DNA from: Perkinsus chesapeaki ATCC PRA-425
Taxonomy: Eukaryota > Protista > Perkinsozoa
Assembly: GCA_013115145.1 (NCBI GenBank)
Contig: JAAPAO010000170.1
Coordinates: 1 to 58,301 of the forward strand
Direction: 5' to 3'
Length of the DNA: 58,301 nt
How positions within the stretch are numbered: the first letter of the stretch is position 1; each line of letters starts with the position of its first letter. Shown piece after piece: positions 25,933 through 37,804 of the stretch. The position numbers and the translations under genes were made by a program. The notes below the pieces were generated by a model, which was given only the letters and a program-made list of their open reading frames with translations, was not told the DNA's origin and did not search any database.

Positions 25933-27346
25933 ATGTCGGAAGTGACACACTTGAAGTTCATCGATCCAACTACGGACCTCTACAACCTATGGAGTAATTT
26001 CACTATCCCAAGTGGAAAGTCTGTACTCGTACTAGGCATACTTGGCTTATTCATGGTGTGTAACTTCTGCATCGCGCACTACTTGACACAAAATAGACAG
26101 CAGCCCAGAGAGGATACGCGGAAGGGCTTCGATCCGTTATCATCTGTTGAGACAGGCGAAGGAAACGGTGACACTGGCGATGGTGATGTTGTTAATGACA
26201 CTCTCGATGAGAATGAGACGCTGGCAACGAGGAAATCTCGATACCCGGCAATAGACTTCTTCAGGGGGAAACTCATATTGTACGTCGTTATATTTCACTT
26301 AATGTGGGCCCTAGAGGAGTTCCAGCTCCTCCCACTGCCCCCCATTGACACGACCTTCAACCTGCCAGTCTCCAACTACTTGTGTTTTGCTGCATTTTAT
26401 ATTGTGTCATGCTGCTGGCTTTATCTTGCATACATCACTAACCCGTATGCCTTATATCTAGTGTAAGAGTTTCGGGTTAATAGGTGTTTACAAAGTACCA
26501 GCAGGATTTATTTCTTTATTCCCGGCAGGTACATTTCAGTAACTTTAACATGCATCTATATGATGTATTGGGAGTCGGAAGTATCGGGGGTATGTCTACT
26601 GATGGTGTGTGTTGGAGTATCTTTGGGGATAGTTCATGAAGATAGGATTAAATGGAGAAACTTTTTCATAAGAGCAATTAAGCTAGGAATCGCAGCTGGG
26701 GTTATCAGCGCAGTCACGTGAGCTTCTTATTAACTCAACCTCGCACCACTCCTTTTGCTTCCTTCATATAGTTACATCTTCATGCCATCATCCCCGATCT
26801 ATTTTGGGGCTATCCACTGCATATGGCTCAACAGCAACCTTTCTATGATCTTCATACGGGTAATCTCTCCATTTCCGGTGTTTGTTCACATTCAATATAA
26901 TTCCTTCAGACACCACGACTGGCACTTATAGGCTATTTCTTCATACAGTTCTACACTATGGAGATCGGAGTGTTTCCTTTGGAGGTGCCTACGAACCGTC
27001 CTACTGTTGATGTCATCCCATGGTGAGCAGCATCCTCGTGTAACGTAGAGGTGAGCGTGGTACTTATATCTATTCAGGTTTCATAACTTGGGTTATTGTC
27101 TTCTCGGCATATGGCTTCACAGTATTGGTTTTCATAAGGTGGAAGTGGTTGAACTAATACCTGGCAAGCCCGTGCATCTAGGAGAGAATGCCTTTACATT
27201 ATTCGGGCGTCATGTAAGGGGAATACACGTTACTTGTTGTTCAATAAATTTTCACTCCTCAGTCGCTAACAGTATACCTCTCACATATGTTACCCGTACT
27301 CGTTATACTTGGCGTATTTCAGCCTCTCCAGAGCAAAGGACTTTGA
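25933..27346 (+). CDS. DUF1624-like membrane acyltransferase, paralog F (closest to C)
   Basis: RYPAIDFFRGKLILYVVIFH, YFGAIHCI, DVIPW|FHNLGYCLLGIWL, FGRH|SLTVYLSH. Confidence 0.88.
26538..27169 (+). repeat. Second copy of the C/F near-identical block
   Basis: Same alignment as 21188-21822. Confidence 0.92.
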
Positions 27347-28273
27347 TCCTCATTTCACCTCGAATACGAGTGTTGAGCTGAACTTCTTGAATTAATTGGT
27401 GGCATTTCAGTGAAAGGATTTCACCAGAGCGTTGGGATCCAAGAAGTAGAGCTTCAACCTCAGCCGTAGCGAGTTTTCCTCTCAACAAGGCTCCGGCTTG
27501 TGGCTCATAGTAACACCTACTCCGTTGAGGTATTGGTACAAGACTTTTTGAGCTACGAGCTCAGTCGCTGCCGACGGTAGCCTACCATCGGTAGGTTGAG
27601 CGTGTGTATCACTCAACCAGCGTTGAGACAGCTTATGTGTTAAGCTGTCAAAATTTTATCCTACTCCTTTGTAACCAATCCTCAGTTTATTAAATTCAGA
27701 TCTAGCAATACTACTACCAGTATGTTCATCTCATGTATTACGAGTCGTGATTCACGAGCTCTCAGAACAATCTACTAGATGTTCTCAGCGGATCATTGAT
27801 GATCGTTAGAAATAGCTGGTGAATAGCTCTCTCCAATGGCGATAGAATCATACGGGGATTATCACCATAGCACACGTGTGTTCTGGTGATACCGGCGCAA
27901 GCATATACAAAGCGATTCCCTCAAGCCCCTGCCGATTCCTAGGAGTTAGAGGTAGATATACTACGTAGATACGTAGTAATTATGCTTAACTACGAGCCTC
28001 GTAGATTCCTTAGCAATGCAGCAAACTAACTGGTCAAAAATTGATAGATGGAAGTTTGCCTGTTTTGGTGATGTTCCAACAGGTTTGCCACAGCACCAAA
28101 TGAGAAGGCTGCTGAAATAAGGCCCTAAGTAACGCTTCGAAGTGAAAATCGATGACGGTCCACTCTGTAGCAGACTAACATAATCCGTGTTTCTATAAGC
28201 TGGGTTCCTGTTGGCCTTGAAGTTGGTATAGTACAGAGGCACGTGGGAGCGGTCCTGAGGACAGCGAGACCCT

Positions 28274-29820
28274 ATGTCGAAAATAGCGCCAATGGGCCTT
28301 CTCGAAGTTACGATTCAAGGAATGTCCCGTCGCACAAAAATCCCTTCGCCTAGTGAGTCTCCAACTCACAAAGGCAACCATCTTCCGACGACTTTTAAAG
28401 CTTCCGACAAATATGCGACCTTATTCGGACCACCATCTGGCGAGCACCATCCGGCATGGGCGACGCAGAAGCAAGACGAACTTTCTTTGATGCATGAAAG
28501 ATACGTCAAACAACAAAAGACAGCCAAAGCTTTATCAAGGGATGCAGCGTGGGCAGAAAAGCGGAGACGATTCCTAGAAAAAAGAGGCGTTGCTCGGGCA
28601 ACCGCTTTGAAGGCGCCAGTGCCTCCAACACCTGGTGCGCGAGAATTGCCCACGCCAAACCGGGGAGTCTCCACAAGACAAGACCATGCTAAGCTAAACG
28701 ATAAAACCGATGAATCAGCAAAGTACTTAGTGAGCAGTTATCCACAGCCATCTGGGCATGATGAAGATCATACTGACCAGCGTCCCGGTGAGCCTATAGA
28801 AGAAACTGAGCGGGCAGACTATTCGGGTACCGATGCGCAGCGGGCGACCGGCGAAGCTAGCATACTGGGTGTTGGGGATTACGAAGAGAGAAAGGAAAGG
28901 GTTAGACAGCAGGAAAAGGAGGACCTGCGTCGATACTTAAAAGAGCGAGAGAAAACTCCGAAGGTGCACATTTGATTCGGGCAGCAGGAATAGTTTCCAC
29001 AGGTCACCGCCAGGGTGCCGTCGTCCCCAGGAGGATCAGTGCTGCCTGGGATCGGCAGCGCTCGGAATGGCGAAGTTGAGAGACGGAGGAAGGAGATTCA
29101 GGATGAAATGAGACAATTTCTTTCCCGAAAGCCTCTCGGTGAGCATCGCTACGCAAGGCTTAGGCGACGGAACTATAGTTGCGTTGTCGCGTCACGCGAC
29201 TCGCGTGAAACTCTGGACCCTGTTCACGGCGGTCGCGCTTTAGTTGACACAATGCAGGTCCCCAAGAGAACTTACATAGTGAAATGAAGCAACATGGCGG
29301 CCTTGCCATGCCGTCTCCGCAATATAACAGTTCAAGAAGACCACCCTATGAGCAATACATTGACGGTGAATCTGAAGGTATAAGCCAGATCCTGCGAGGC
29401 TCCGTGATGTCAACGCAGACTCAGCCCATAAGCAGCCCGGCCCGGCTGCCGACGGATGTACTTTAAACGGGCTGGGTGATGACGGAAGGAGGAGACGAGA
29501 AGACATTAAACGACAGGAGAAAGAGAATCTTTTAAGCTTCCTCCGTCACGAATCGCCAACGCGCTGTTGGTCACTAAGCATGTCCTTGCCGACCAAATTT
29601 CCTCTCAGTGTCGCAGCGGGTATCTCGGGCACGCTCGCGGTCGCCATCTCCCGCCTTGAATGCCGTGGATCCGCGAGAGGAGGAGCTTCGACAGCGGAAG
29701 AAACAGCAACAACTCGAACAGAAGAAGTGGTTAGATGAACAGGTGAGTTGGCGGAATTCAGTCAGTATTAGCATCCCTCATGAAGGCGGAATTGATGGAA
29801 CGCAAAACAGGCGAGAGTTA
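28274..29820 (+). CDS. Hypothetical charged, coiled-coil-rich protein, multi-exon
   Basis: 233-aa first exon plus downstream GT-AG-bounded exons with recurring charged helices (RVRQQEKEDLRRYL; RRRKEIQDEMRQFL; DIKRQEKENLLSFL). The end is approximate. Confidence 0.6.
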
Positions 29821-30014
29821 AAACGTGGAATAATGTCAGTTGCGTTGTTGAGCACCCGTAAGGGCAGAACGATGAAATGAGATAATATCGAAGTGTTCGA
29901 GCAGGAAGCTAACTGTCAAAGGCTTACTTTGGCCGAATAAAAATGTGTTACATTTATTCATATCCGAGTCGATGACAGAGGGACTTGTATCTTCTGAGGA
30001 GTTTACAGAGGTGC

Positions 30015-30692
30015 TTAAACTGTATCCGATACATTTGGGTCCAACAAGGAATAGCTCGCAACACGAATGACCCTGTCCGTTTCGAGGAAGCCTTCTGCCA
30101 TAGCATGCGACAAAAAGTAGACGTGGTTTAAATACAAAGTCGGAGTCGTCCCGTTGCGAACTAGTTCCATATAAGTGCTATCATCAATCATTTGAAGGAG
30201 GAAGGGGACCTTAAATCTAGCCGTGGAAAAGGCGGTTGATGTAGGCCTACATTTCACGATCATAAGACCAACCGAAGTGCTACTCGTGAGAGGCGTTAGG
30301 GGCTCCTTCAAGGTTAGATATCCTGAGATCCCCTCGAAAGTCACAGCGACTGGACTCTCGCTTTTGATAAGCATATTTGCCTCCCCAACAAAGCATGTGG
30401 CCTTCTCGTGAAAATGGCACGGAGTCAGCTGGCTTTTCACTTCCATATTCTCAACCACAATAACGCTTTGAAGTGCTGCACTTTCGAACGCCTTGGCCCG
30501 ACCGGTCGTATACCACTTCAACCCCAAAGCCAAAATTAGAAGCACCATAATATATGTGGTGAATGGGACAATGAGATCCCTGGTAAAACGGCTCCGAAAT
30601 GGACTCGATGATACTCGTTCCGTTCTAACATACCAACGCAGAAAGTCCTCAGCTGGATAATCTTTGTCCACAAATGATGAGAGTCGCGTCAT
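30015..30692 (-). CDS. Intronless single-TM protein with LEA_2/WHy-like beta-rich C-terminal domain
   Basis: Long uninterrupted ORF; TM LIVPFTTYIMVLLILALGLKWY followed by alternating beta-strand sequence (CFVGEANMLIKSESPVAVTFEGISG). The domain assignment is an inference. Confidence 0.65.
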   Translation of the reverse strand: MTRLSSFVDKDYPAEDFLRWYVRTERVSSSPFRSRFTRDLIVPFTTYIMVLLILALGLKWYTTGRAKAFESAALQSVIVVENMEVKSQLTPCHFHEKATCFVGEANMLIKSESPVAVTFEGISGYLTLKEPLTPLTSSTSVGLMIVKCRPTSTAFSTARFKVPFLLQMIDDSTYMELVRNGTTPTLYLNHVYFLSHAMAEGFLETDRVIRVASYSLLDPNVSDTV

Positions 30693-30986
30693 CCAGCCAA
30701 TCTGTTGCAGGTTGGGTTTTACTATTGCGGATGTAACAGCCTCAGCATCCAAGGCGACGTCGATGGCGCGTCACGGTCGGGAAGTGAGACGTGACGTATA
30801 TACAACTTTAGGGCTCTCTTAGTTTAGTAAAGCAAAATCTGAGACTTTAAGATCAAAACCAGACGTTAGGAGCGATTCTTGATTGAATAAAGATATGTCT
30901 CTTAGTATCCTGCTTGTGTAACGGCCTTTGCCGGTATCCCGCACGCATGCGCTCGTAACGAGACTTGCAAGGCGCGCTGTCTCCGC

Positions 30987-33141
30987 TTGTTGTGCGACGC
31001 GATTGTCCCAGTGACCTCACCCCGTCCTATCTCAACGGGCTCGTTCAGCCCGGCAGTAGCGACAAAGGCTGACGTTACTCCTCAGATAAGCTTGCGAAGT
31101 CGAGCAAAGGCTGTCGAAGCCGAGAGGAAAAGGCGAGAGGAGGAAGCAGAAGAAGCTCGGATACAGGCGGAGGTGTCACATCTGTTCGGGAGATGTAGAC
31201 TTAGAATGCAAAATAGTCAGATCGAATTGGAGAAAAAGAAGGCCGCTGACGAGGAGGCTGAGCGAAATCGGCGAATGATGGATGCCGACAGATACAACAT
31301 TGCAGAAGCAGAAAGCAGGGTCAGGAGTCGGTGAGGAGCCGCGGGAATCATGCAAGGCGACAGAAGGAACGCTTTTATGTTCAGTTCGACATCGAGATCG
31401 CCGTCGCCTAAGCTCCGTCCCGCTGCGATCAACAGCCGTCCAAGAGAGATCAGAAAAGATGCCATGACTCAGTCTCGGGATGCCCCGCAGTTCAGACCAT
31501 TGTGGCAGCAAGGGCAGGCACATAGCGCCAGCGAGCCTTCAACGAAAGATATCCCTCAAATAGTTGAGAAATCTGTGCTGCCGTCAGGCTCGGTAGCTAT
31601 AACTTCCGCCGAGACTAAAAACGATGTCTCTTTGTTATTCAATGCCATTTTGGAACAACAAAGGAGGCTTGGGGAGCAGAGTGCGATTATTGATGAACTC
31701 AAAAAGAGGGTTTCAGACAGGGTGAAACGTAATCTCGATTTGTGCTAGTGGAGCATTGCGTAGGAAAGACACTCTGAACGGGACGGTGATATTGCTGCTA
31801 TACTTCGAGATCGAGAGGACGATATTACTGCGAGAACGAACAAGCTGAAGGATTTGATGCAAATGCTTCTGTCAAAGTTATCTGGCATTGAGCAGCCAGA
31901 AAACTCTGTGAGCCAGCGAGAAGAAGCGATACCGCAGCGACAGACCCGCGCGATAGAGTGATATATTCTGGTAAAAACTGCTTACTCTGGCTTTGAACAG
32001 GCTCAAAGAACTCAAGAACGTAGGACAGCGACATGACTTGAGCACAGAACCACAAGGAGTAGTATGCACTGTAAAACTCGTTGCATGCCATCAATCTTTT
32101 CAGCATCGAAATGCCGACGATGGTCCAGCAGCTCCACCAACACAAGATAACTCAGTGGTCCGTCGGTGTTGCGCATTAATAGCTAGATTCAATTAGCAGG
32201 TTCTGGATAGTCGCCCACCGACACAGGATAAGGTGGCGCCGGCAGGGCAAACTTCTGCTGCAAGCACCGATAGGAAGAGTCTATTCGAACGCAGCCTCGT
32301 CGGCACTCGCATGTGGCTGCCAGTTCCTCAACCACCTACGACAACTCTGGACACACTGCCTTCATATTCCGAAGCTCCACGCCCCTCTTTGTTGGTTAAG
32401 CCAGAAAGAGCATTGCAATCCCTGGAGAATATAAGCTCATCCACAGCCTTCCGACCTGGCACTAGTCAGAGCTCCACGTTACACACAGAGTCATCCAACA
32501 TCAACGACACCGATGCTGGCGAAGAACCGATTGACAGAGTTGCTAGGATGATAAGAGAAATGAGAAGCATTGATGTGCGCTCGCCTGTATCGGTCTCGTC
32601 GTCTGATTCCTCACTTGACCTTGAAGATGCTGTTCTACCGGCGGGCTCCATCAACTCGATCCGCCACCTCATTTCCAGGGGCAGTGCCTCTGCTTCACCA
32701 GAAGACCGAATACCAGATACGATTAGCATCTCCGAAGCACAAAGTTCGTCCACGGTAAGGATCAGCGACGATCCAATGCTCCAGACAGTCGTGTTGAGCG
32801 AACAGTTCTATCGTTCTTTGGCTCCTGAACCGGAGTCCCCTCTGTGGACGGCAACTAAAGACCTTCAAGAAGACCTTCTAGAAGCAGTTGATAGAATATG
32901 TGCAGAGTGCGATGCTACCACATCGCGATTATCTGAAGTACTCGGGCAGCCAGAAGCTAAACTCGGTGCATCTTGCCACCCGAGACAACACGGCAGCGAT
33001 GCATCGAATCGGAAGCCATTTGAGCGGCTTAATAAAATGCTGTCATCGGGGGATCTGCACATTGAATCTGATGTAGTCGAGGAGCTAAAGTTGATGACAA
33101 TGATGGAGCATGAGCTTCGTTCGAGTGTTATCCATGGGTGA
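30987..33141 (+). CDS. Hypothetical coiled-coil, Ser-rich protein, multi-exon
   Basis: Consecutive open segments (30987-31334, 31350-31748, 32233-33141) linked by GT-AG-bounded gaps; E/R/K-rich helices. The start is uncertain. Confidence 0.6.
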
Positions 33142-33664
33142 TTCTGATCAAGCGAGTAATTGTGTTTGTTATTATTGCTTACGGATTGGGAATCCTGACT
33201 CGGCATACCTACAAACCCCTTTTATTCGAAAAGGAACTAACTACCCTCCCACCTCTAAGTTGCTAGTCGACAGATGTGGGGGCTTCGAGGTTTGCGACTC
33301 AGACTCCTCTATTTCCGATCTCCAATGCGCTGTCCTAGCCACAACCTTGCACTAGAGCTGTTAAACGCTGAGAGCATGATGCCATGAGCATGATGCTGGG
33401 CTCTTACTCACACATTTGCTGTCGACTTCCGAATTAACTTTAGTTTTACGCAACACTACTTTATTAAACGATTGGAAGTATACAGCTGGGCGGTAATCCC
33501 TCAAGGAACGTAGAGACTAGCATACCGTCGGATTACAGTGTACAGTTCAAATATACGACACCGAGAAGGCGTGAGCAGAAAGTGCGTCATCAGCTATGTC
33601 TGGCATCACGGGATATTCCGTAGACGGTTTGGGTGTTTCTGGCATCTCCCTAATGTGACTCGCG

Positions 33665-34600
33665 TTAGAGCCCACGAGACAAGTGATCCGTGCAGGCTTT
33701 GTGCCCGCCTTTACCATCAACCTCCCTTAGCTCCAGACGACCTTCAAGGCTCCGCTGCTGGGTCAAACGTCTCCTCGGTGACGGCTCCGCCATCAGGGAG
33801 CCGTAATTGACATAAAGCGGTAGATGATTGCGCGGTGCAGGTTCCATAGAATAGGAATCATATCCAAACACCCGGATGTCTAGCCGGGGGTCATATATTC
33901 GCACCTTCGACCCCAAAGGGATATCCACATTCATCCGTGAAACAAAGGTTAGGGTGTGGAAATCGTCGCTCCTAGAGGGGATCCTTCCACCGCCAATGGT
34001 CAGATGTGTAGTCCACGGAGTCGCAGTATTGGGACCAACCTGAATATCCCAAATCGCCAGCCCTCTCAGTATCTCAATATCGGTCCATAAACCGTTCCGT
34101 ATTCTAACATTGGTAGTTCCTCGAATGCAAAAGGAGGAATTCTTCCTAACCATACCACACCGAAAGTGCCTATCCACAGTTATCCCTTCAAACGAGATAG
34201 CCACGACCGAGGGGAAGCGGTAAGCTGCAAGATATATAGTTGATGAATACCATATGATGGATATTAGTAGAGCCATTAGCATAGTAAACCACACAAAGGC
34301 GCGTGCCAAAGTCCTTCTTGTCCGCAAAAGTGTCAGAGACTCATACCGGTGGGAAATTGAGGAGGTTCTGTGTTCTGGTCGCCTCGACCACCGTAGAAAT
34401 CCTCTGGGTGTATCATCACAGGAGTACTCGATAACTCGGAAACTCATGTTTGAAAAAAAGCTGTAGAGAAAAGGATACAAATTTTTATGGTGACTGGCTC
34501 CGCTGCCATATTTCATTCGATCCCCAATGCACGCGAGGTCATCTGCGACGCAGATTCTGCGTGACATAGGGGGGGTCACAGATGGTGCGCCATGGAGCAT
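33665..34600 (-). CDS. Long-exon single-TM protein with LEA_2/WHy-like C-terminal domain
   Basis: 311-aa ORF; TM FVWFTMLMALLISIIWYSSTIYL followed by RCGMVRKNSSFCIRGTTNVRIRNGLWTDIEI. May have upstream exons toward 35346. Confidence 0.65.
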   Translation of the reverse strand: MLHGAPSVTPPMSRRICVADDLACIGDRMKYGSGASHHKNLYPFLYSFFSNMSFRVIEYSCDDTPRGFLRWSRRPEHRTSSISHRYESLTLLRTRRTLARAFVWFTMLMALLISIIWYSSTIYLAAYRFPSVVAISFEGITVDRHFRCGMVRKNSSFCIRGTTNVRIRNGLWTDIEILRGLAIWDIQVGPNTATPWTTHLTIGGGRIPSRSDDFHTLTFVSRMNVDIPLGSKVRIYDPRLDIRVFGYDSYSMEPAPRNHLPLYVNYGSLMAEPSPRRRLTQQRSLEGRLELREVDGKGGHKACTDHLSRGL

Positions 34601-35474
34601 TTGCCCGATGAGCGAGGGATCCCAGTAGCACTTGCGGGTGCGAGAGCTGGCGTTAGGTAGATGTTAGGGATAAGAATCCGGGAGAGACGAGACAAGGCTG
34701 TGGGCATCCCAGCTGGGTGACTGGGAACGACCGCAGGAAGACTACCCAGAGTCCCTGAGCATCGTATGGCATTGTAGCGCTCGAGAAGTGCCATACCGAG
34801 AGACGAGTTTCAACGAGATCCTCCGGGCGGTAGGAAGGGCCAAATCCCAAGGATGAGAGGTCGATGCCCTTGTACATGGAAGGCCGTTCTGCAGCAACGG
34901 AGCCTCTCCGTGCCCCGCATCGCCAATCTGATCACGCACGCGTGCACATGGAGTCCATGATGGAGCCATGCTTCGCCGGGTGCCCATGAAATCTTACAAC
35001 GAGACACTAATGTGTATCGACATATAAAATACTTCACCATCGCAGAGACTTTGGGCGAGGAACGAGGACAACAGGCTGCTTAACAGGGCCGTGCATAGCG
35101 CTCGGTGAGTGCCATACCAAGAGACGAGTTTCACTGTGATCCCCATGAACACTCGTTCTTACTCGACCGGGCAACCCGAAGCGGGTCCGAACTTCGTACC
35201 CGCGACTCGCTCGGTCTCTGCGAGGCCGACAGAGTGAACGAGCCCTCAGCAACAGTTCCATCGTGGGCGAAGGTATCACGACTAACTATGGAATGTATCA
35301 CAGTGCTATCAATGTCGCTAAAGAGTGTGCTAAAGAGTCCTATCACTCCATCGTTCTACAAGAGAGTAAATCACTTACTTTGGGGCCCAAAGTTTGGGCC
35401 CAAATAATCTAGTCCGAACCTCGAGGGTCTGTTTTCCTCAAGATTCTACAACTGATGTCTTGGCCGTTATCAAG

Positions 35475-36300
35475 TGTTCATTGGTTGAGAATGGTTGGGT
35501 TGCTTAGCGACGGATTCAGAGATGATGTTGAGACTTTGCCAAGCAAAATGTAGCAGAGAGCTTGCTATGTTTGATTCTGTTATTCTGAATCATTAAACCA
35601 TCTACACGCATATCACATGCTATATCGCTGACAGCGATGTTCTTGCAGAGAACCTCCACGACATTTGGCGTGTCCATGATTCTGTCCACGTTGTCTCAAT
35701 ACGATAATAAGCATCGCGAGAGTATCATCATTTGCTCCTCCGTGAAAGACCACAGCCCTTGTTCGGTGATATTCGAGCAAGAACGACACACGACAAGGCA
35801 GTAGCGGTGGGTGTGCAGCGCCCCCTCAGACAGGGTCTGTCTCTCATGGGGGCTGCTTGCAGACAATACGATCGTATGAGTGCTTAGTTATTGCGCCCTT
35901 TTGTGTTGGTATTAAAAAATTTAGCCTTCAGTATCCTCCTCGAGTGACGAGAACTCGCGAGATTGGATCGGAAAGCTGCCAGTGCTATCCATCATTATGC
36001 GAACTTCGCACTTTGCAGGCTCCACTGGAGCTTTAGAAAGTGAAGCGCTTTGGTGCTCTTTACGGCAGAGTCTACGTGCTTTGGAGTATCCAGTTTGCAG
36101 TCCCAATTTGGCAATTGTCGAAACACCGGAATCGGGTGACCCGATTACGGTGTTTCGACAATTAGACGCGGAATGTAGGATGGCCATTGGGTATTGCAAT
36201 CAAACAGATAACCACCGATTGAAGCCAGGGACTAGCATCGTACTTTCAAGGGGCCCTTGTGGGCAGAATGATGTCACCGAGAGCAACCCCATCCAACTGG
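35475..36300 (-). CDS. Possible multi-exon hypothetical protein
   Basis: AG/GT-bounded segments NITEQGLWSFTEEQMMILSRCLLS, DNVDRIMDTPNVVEVLCKNIAVSD and ESNIASSLLHFAWQSL..MNT*. Confidence 0.35.
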
Positions 36301-36412
36301 GGGCACTTCACACTTCACGCAGAGAATAGTGCCTTTACGCTCTGCAACGCAAAGCTAGCTTTGAAGGACTTGAATAAAACTGTATAATGGTCACTAATGC
36401 TACTGTGGTTCA

Positions 36413-37612
36413 TCATGCGTTGGACACTCTCTTAGATTTAAGCTTCGATTGTGGCCGGAATCGCTTCAGCTTTTTCTCGTCCATCATCTTTATAAGGACC
36501 CCTGTGATGCACTCCACTGCCGCGAAGATGGGTAACTAAGTCATGACTGTCCAATATCAGCGCTCGACAGTTGTATGGTTGATAACACTGAGTTTGGTCG
36601 CTGCCTACTTTCCCCAGTGTAGCCATCCCTTTCGGTCTAGCTGCAACTGCTGTCATAATACAAATAGGGAACAGCATTGAGAACACACCATTATCGATGA
36701 ACCGTGGGAAGAGAGAACACAGAATTGTAGAAGGAATGCCTAACAACGATGCTTCGCGCTGGATACCTCAACACTATCCACTCACCGAAACCGATGAAGT
36801 ACGCCCAGTGCCGTTCAACAAAACGTAGACGGACATGAGACTCCCATCCGAGATAAACCCAACGGTACTCGAAGCTATACGTTGATATCTGTGATATGGA
36901 GATAGGGCACAACAGAAGCCCACCACCGGGCCTACCAGCAGGCACATGCTAGTGAGATTGAGGAAGGTACCGATGTATGGTATAAAGCCTAATAGCCATG
37001 TCTGCACTGCGAACACAATGTTGAGCAGATTCCGCATAAGCGCATCCACTATTCTGGACGTTAAAGACGTTTTAACTTTTGGGTCAGAGGGAGAGAAAAT
37101 CGCAAAAGACTCATTGGCGATGTCCTGAGAGCAGCGGCAGCAGCATCCGCGTCGATGACCGAATCTAGCGGCGCCTTACTTGGTGCCATGCGATGTTTAG
37201 AATGAAACTTAGTGAGTACACTGGTATAATCCAAGTGAACTGAAACATGGGAATATGAACAGGAGGACTTGCCGACTGCTACCAAATGAAGGAAGTCAAA
37301 TGCATTTGTTAGCTTCTGTAGAGATTCCCCTTCAAGGCCGCTTATCAAGCTCAATGTGGTTGTTATCAAAGGTATCATAATCTATCCACACAACAATGCC
37401 ACTGCGAGGGTAAGCTTTCCTACCACTCTGAAGATGACCACGGATCCAAGAAAAATGACGCCATTGAGAACCAGACATTGGAGCCACCGGACTCGGATCG
37501 TAGGCGACTTTAACACGAAGATCAAGCACAAGTCGAGGCGAACGGCATCCTTGATACCGAGGATCGCCAAGTCCCATACCTCACGGCCGGCCGCAAGCAG
37601 GCCATGTTCCAT
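36413..37612 (-). CDS. EI24: EI24 (etoposide-induced protein 2.4) family membrane protein
   Basis: GIKDAVRL..WLQCLVLNGVIFLGS, YSFEYRWVYLGWESHVRLRFVERHWAYFIGFG, FSMLFPICIMTA, LPIFAAV; these match EI24 family motifs. Confidence 0.9.
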
Positions 37613-37804
37613 AATCACAATTTACTGGTAAACGGATGAAAGAATATCCCCGAAGATGGTGATGCTGTTGTTGCAGCAGCAGATATGTTGAGCCCTGGTA
37701 TCGTGTAGTGGAGACATCCCACATCTATACGCATGTAAGCGATGCTCTAATAACACATCTACCAAGATATGCCTCACAATTTAATAACGAAGCTCGAGGA
37801 TTAA

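Noticed and set aside
17130-27346. Bacterial contamination or operon explanation for the DUF1624 array
   Set aside because: All six copies carry spliceosomal GT-AG introns at shared positions, like the flanking genes.
27961-28242. 93-aa minus-strand ORF as a gene
   Set aside because: GTG start, no motif and no convincing splice continuation.
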